Shown piece after piece: positions 61,596-64,000 of a stretch of DNA of 64,000 bases. The notes under the pieces are model-generated. The model worked only from the letters and a program-made list of their open reading frames with translations. It was not told the origin of the DNA and ran no database searches. Position 1 is the stretch's first letter; each line of letters opens with the position of its first letter. Origin of the DNA: Lingula anatina (Eukaryota > Animalia > Brachiopoda); contig CM120642.1 in NCBI GenBank assembly GCA_051362555.1, forward strand, positions 21,204,001 through 21,268,000, in the 5' to 3' direction. The position numbers and the translations under genes are program-made.

Positions 61596-64000
61596 ACTAG
61601 AGGATCAGAGAGGCGATACCGCCTCCGAATATTGTACCACCAGCTGGGGTAAGCGCGATCGTATAGACCCCCACACACACAAAAAAGGGACACCACCACC
61701 AGTCTTGTGCTTGACAAGCTGTAAAAAATGCAATCAACAAGAATTCTCAAAATATGCAAAAAAAAATATATAACTAAAAATGGTACAATCAAAGTTCAGT
61801 TCATAGTAAGGTAGGTCAAAGGTCAATTTCAAGGTCACAGTAAATTTCCAGTATATGACTTCCTATTCAAGTTCAATAGCAACTATGGACCTATCTCTGC
61901 CAGTTTTGGAGATAAAAGGGAAATAAAAGGGAACCAAAATTTGCAAAGTTCAGTTCATGGTTAAAAGTAGGTCAAAGGTCAATTTTAAGGTCACTTTTCA
62001 CAGTAAATTGCCTCATATGACTTGCTATTCAAATTCAATAGTAACTGTGGGCGTATCTCTGCCAGTTTTGAAAATAAAAGCATTAAAAATTTGCAAAGTT
62101 CAGTTTATGGTGTAAAGTAGGTCAAAGGTCAATTTCAAGGTCACATTTAGATTGCCAGTATATGACTTCCTATTCAAGTTCAATAGTAACTATGGACCTA
62201 TCTCTGCCAGTTTTGGAGATAAAAGGGAACCAAAATTTGTAAACTTCATATCATGATGAAAAGTAGGTCAAAGGTCAATTTCAAGGTCACACTTAGATTG
62301 CCAGTATATGACTTCCTATTCAAGTTCAATAGTAACTATGGACCTATCTCTGCCAGTTTTGGAGATAAAAGGGAACCAAAATTTGCAAAGTTCAATTCAT
62401 GATGAAAAGTAGGTCAAAGGTCAATTTCAAGGTCACACTTAGATTGCCAGTATATGATTTCCTATTCAATTTCAATAGTGACCATGGACCTATCTCTGCC
62501 AGTTTTGGAGATATTAGGGACTAAATGTTATAATTTTGGAGTTACAACAATGTGCCATAAATTTCGTACAGAAAAAAACTAGAGGATCAGAGAGGCGATA
62601 CCGCCTCCAAATATTGTACCACCAGCTGGAGCAAGCACATTCGTATAAACCCCCACATACACAAAATAAGGGACACAGCCACCAGTCTTGTGCTTGACAA
62701 GCTGTAAAAAGCAATCAACAAGAATTTTCAAAATATGCAAAAAACATATATGACTAAAAATGGTACAATCAAAGTTAAGTTCATCGTAAGGCAGGTCAAA
62801 AGTCAATTTCAAGGTCACAGTAAATTGCCAGTACATGACTTCTTATTCAACTTCAATAGTAACTATGGACCTATCTCTGCCAGTTTTGGAGATAAAAGGG
62901 AACCAAAATTTGCAAAGTTCAGTTCATGGTGAAAAATAGGTCAAAGGTCAATTTAAAGGTCACATTTAGATTGCCAGTATATGACTTCATATTCAAGTTC
63001 AATAGAAACTATGGACCTATCTCTGCCAGTTTTGGAGATAAAAGGGAAGCAAAATTTGCAAAGTTCAGTTCATGGTGAAAAGTAGGTCAAAGGTCAATTT
63101 CAAGGTCACATTTAGATTGCCAATTTATGACTTCCTATTCAAGTTCAATAGTAACTATGGACCTATCTCTGCCAGTTTTGGAGATAAAAGGGAAGCAAAA
63201 TTTGCAAAGTTCAGTTCATGGTGAAAAGTAGGTCAAAGGTCAATTTCAAGGTCACAGTAAGATTGCCAGTATATGACTTCCTATTCAACTTCAATAGTAA
63301 CTATGGACCTATCTCTGCCAGTTTCGGAGATAAAAGGGAAGCAAAATTTGCAAAGTTCAGTTCATGGTGAAAAGTAGGTCAAAGGTCAATTTTAAGGTCA
63401 CATTTAGATTGCCAGTATATGACATCCTATTCAACTTCAATAGTAACTATGGACCTATCTCTGCCAGTTTTGGAGATAAAAGGGAACCAAAATTTGCAAA
63501 GTTCAGTTCATGGTGAAAAGTAGGTCAAAGGTCAATTTCAAGGTCACATTGAGATTGCCAGTATATGATTTCCTATTCAACTTCAATAGTAACTATGGAC
63601 CTATCTCTGCCAGTTTTGGAGATATAAGGGACTAAATGTTATAATTTTGGAGTTACCATAATGTGCCATAAATTTCCTACAGAAAAAAATTTATTAAAAT
63701 AAAGAAAAGGTCATTTTGGTCAAAATTCTTGAAATGGGAGGTGCTCTGAAGTTCCAGATGTTCAAATTTGATGAAATAATGTCATTTTTGACCACAAGTT
63801 GTCTGCCTTGCCAAGCCTTATGTTTTATTTTTCCAGAGTTCAAAATTTATTATCCATTACCGTACAGCACATTTTGCTTTCACCACCAATATGTACCTTT
63901 TGATACAGCGTAACTTTGGAGACAAAAGGGAAGCAAAATTTGCAAAGTTCAGTTCATGGTGAAAAGTAGGTCAAAGGTCAATTTTAAGATCACATTTAGA
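61596..64000 (-). mobile_element. HINE family B: two tandem units (61596-62577 and 62578-~63690) with 146-bp internal arrays; array continues to the window end
   Basis: Minus-strand 3' end with hairpin GAGGCG-GTAT-CGCCTC and CTAGT, repeated at 61596 and 62578; period 146 (GGG at 63044, 63190, 63336, 63482); 5 and 6 units. Confidence 0.8.

Overview
This is AT-rich, repeat-dense eukaryotic DNA, most like a marine invertebrate (echinoderm/hemichordate-like; inferred from its repeat families and TAGGCCTA excess). The only long intact ORF belongs to a very young, full-length BEL/Pao LTR retrotransposon (39215-46413, minus strand). Its LTRs are near-identical, its TSD is CTCCC, and it has no canonical tRNA 3'-end primer-binding site. 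It sits in copy 1 of a ~6.7-kb tandem segmental duplication (33223-48591 vs 49853-57254), so the two copies supply empty sites for five separate insertions. Other content: a probable first coding exon of an unidentified host gene (4551-4826, minus) with a candidate RFX X-box promoter at ~12.27 kb; two Penelope-like 3' ends, each with a hammerhead ribozyme; an old LINE scattered colinearly over ~16 kb; an ISL2EU/Harbinger-type transposase remnant; many MITEs; and Helentron-type (HINE) elements carrying 161-bp and 146-bp tandem arrays, the latter packed with nuclear-receptor response elements. All coordinates and identities were read by eye; no searches were run.
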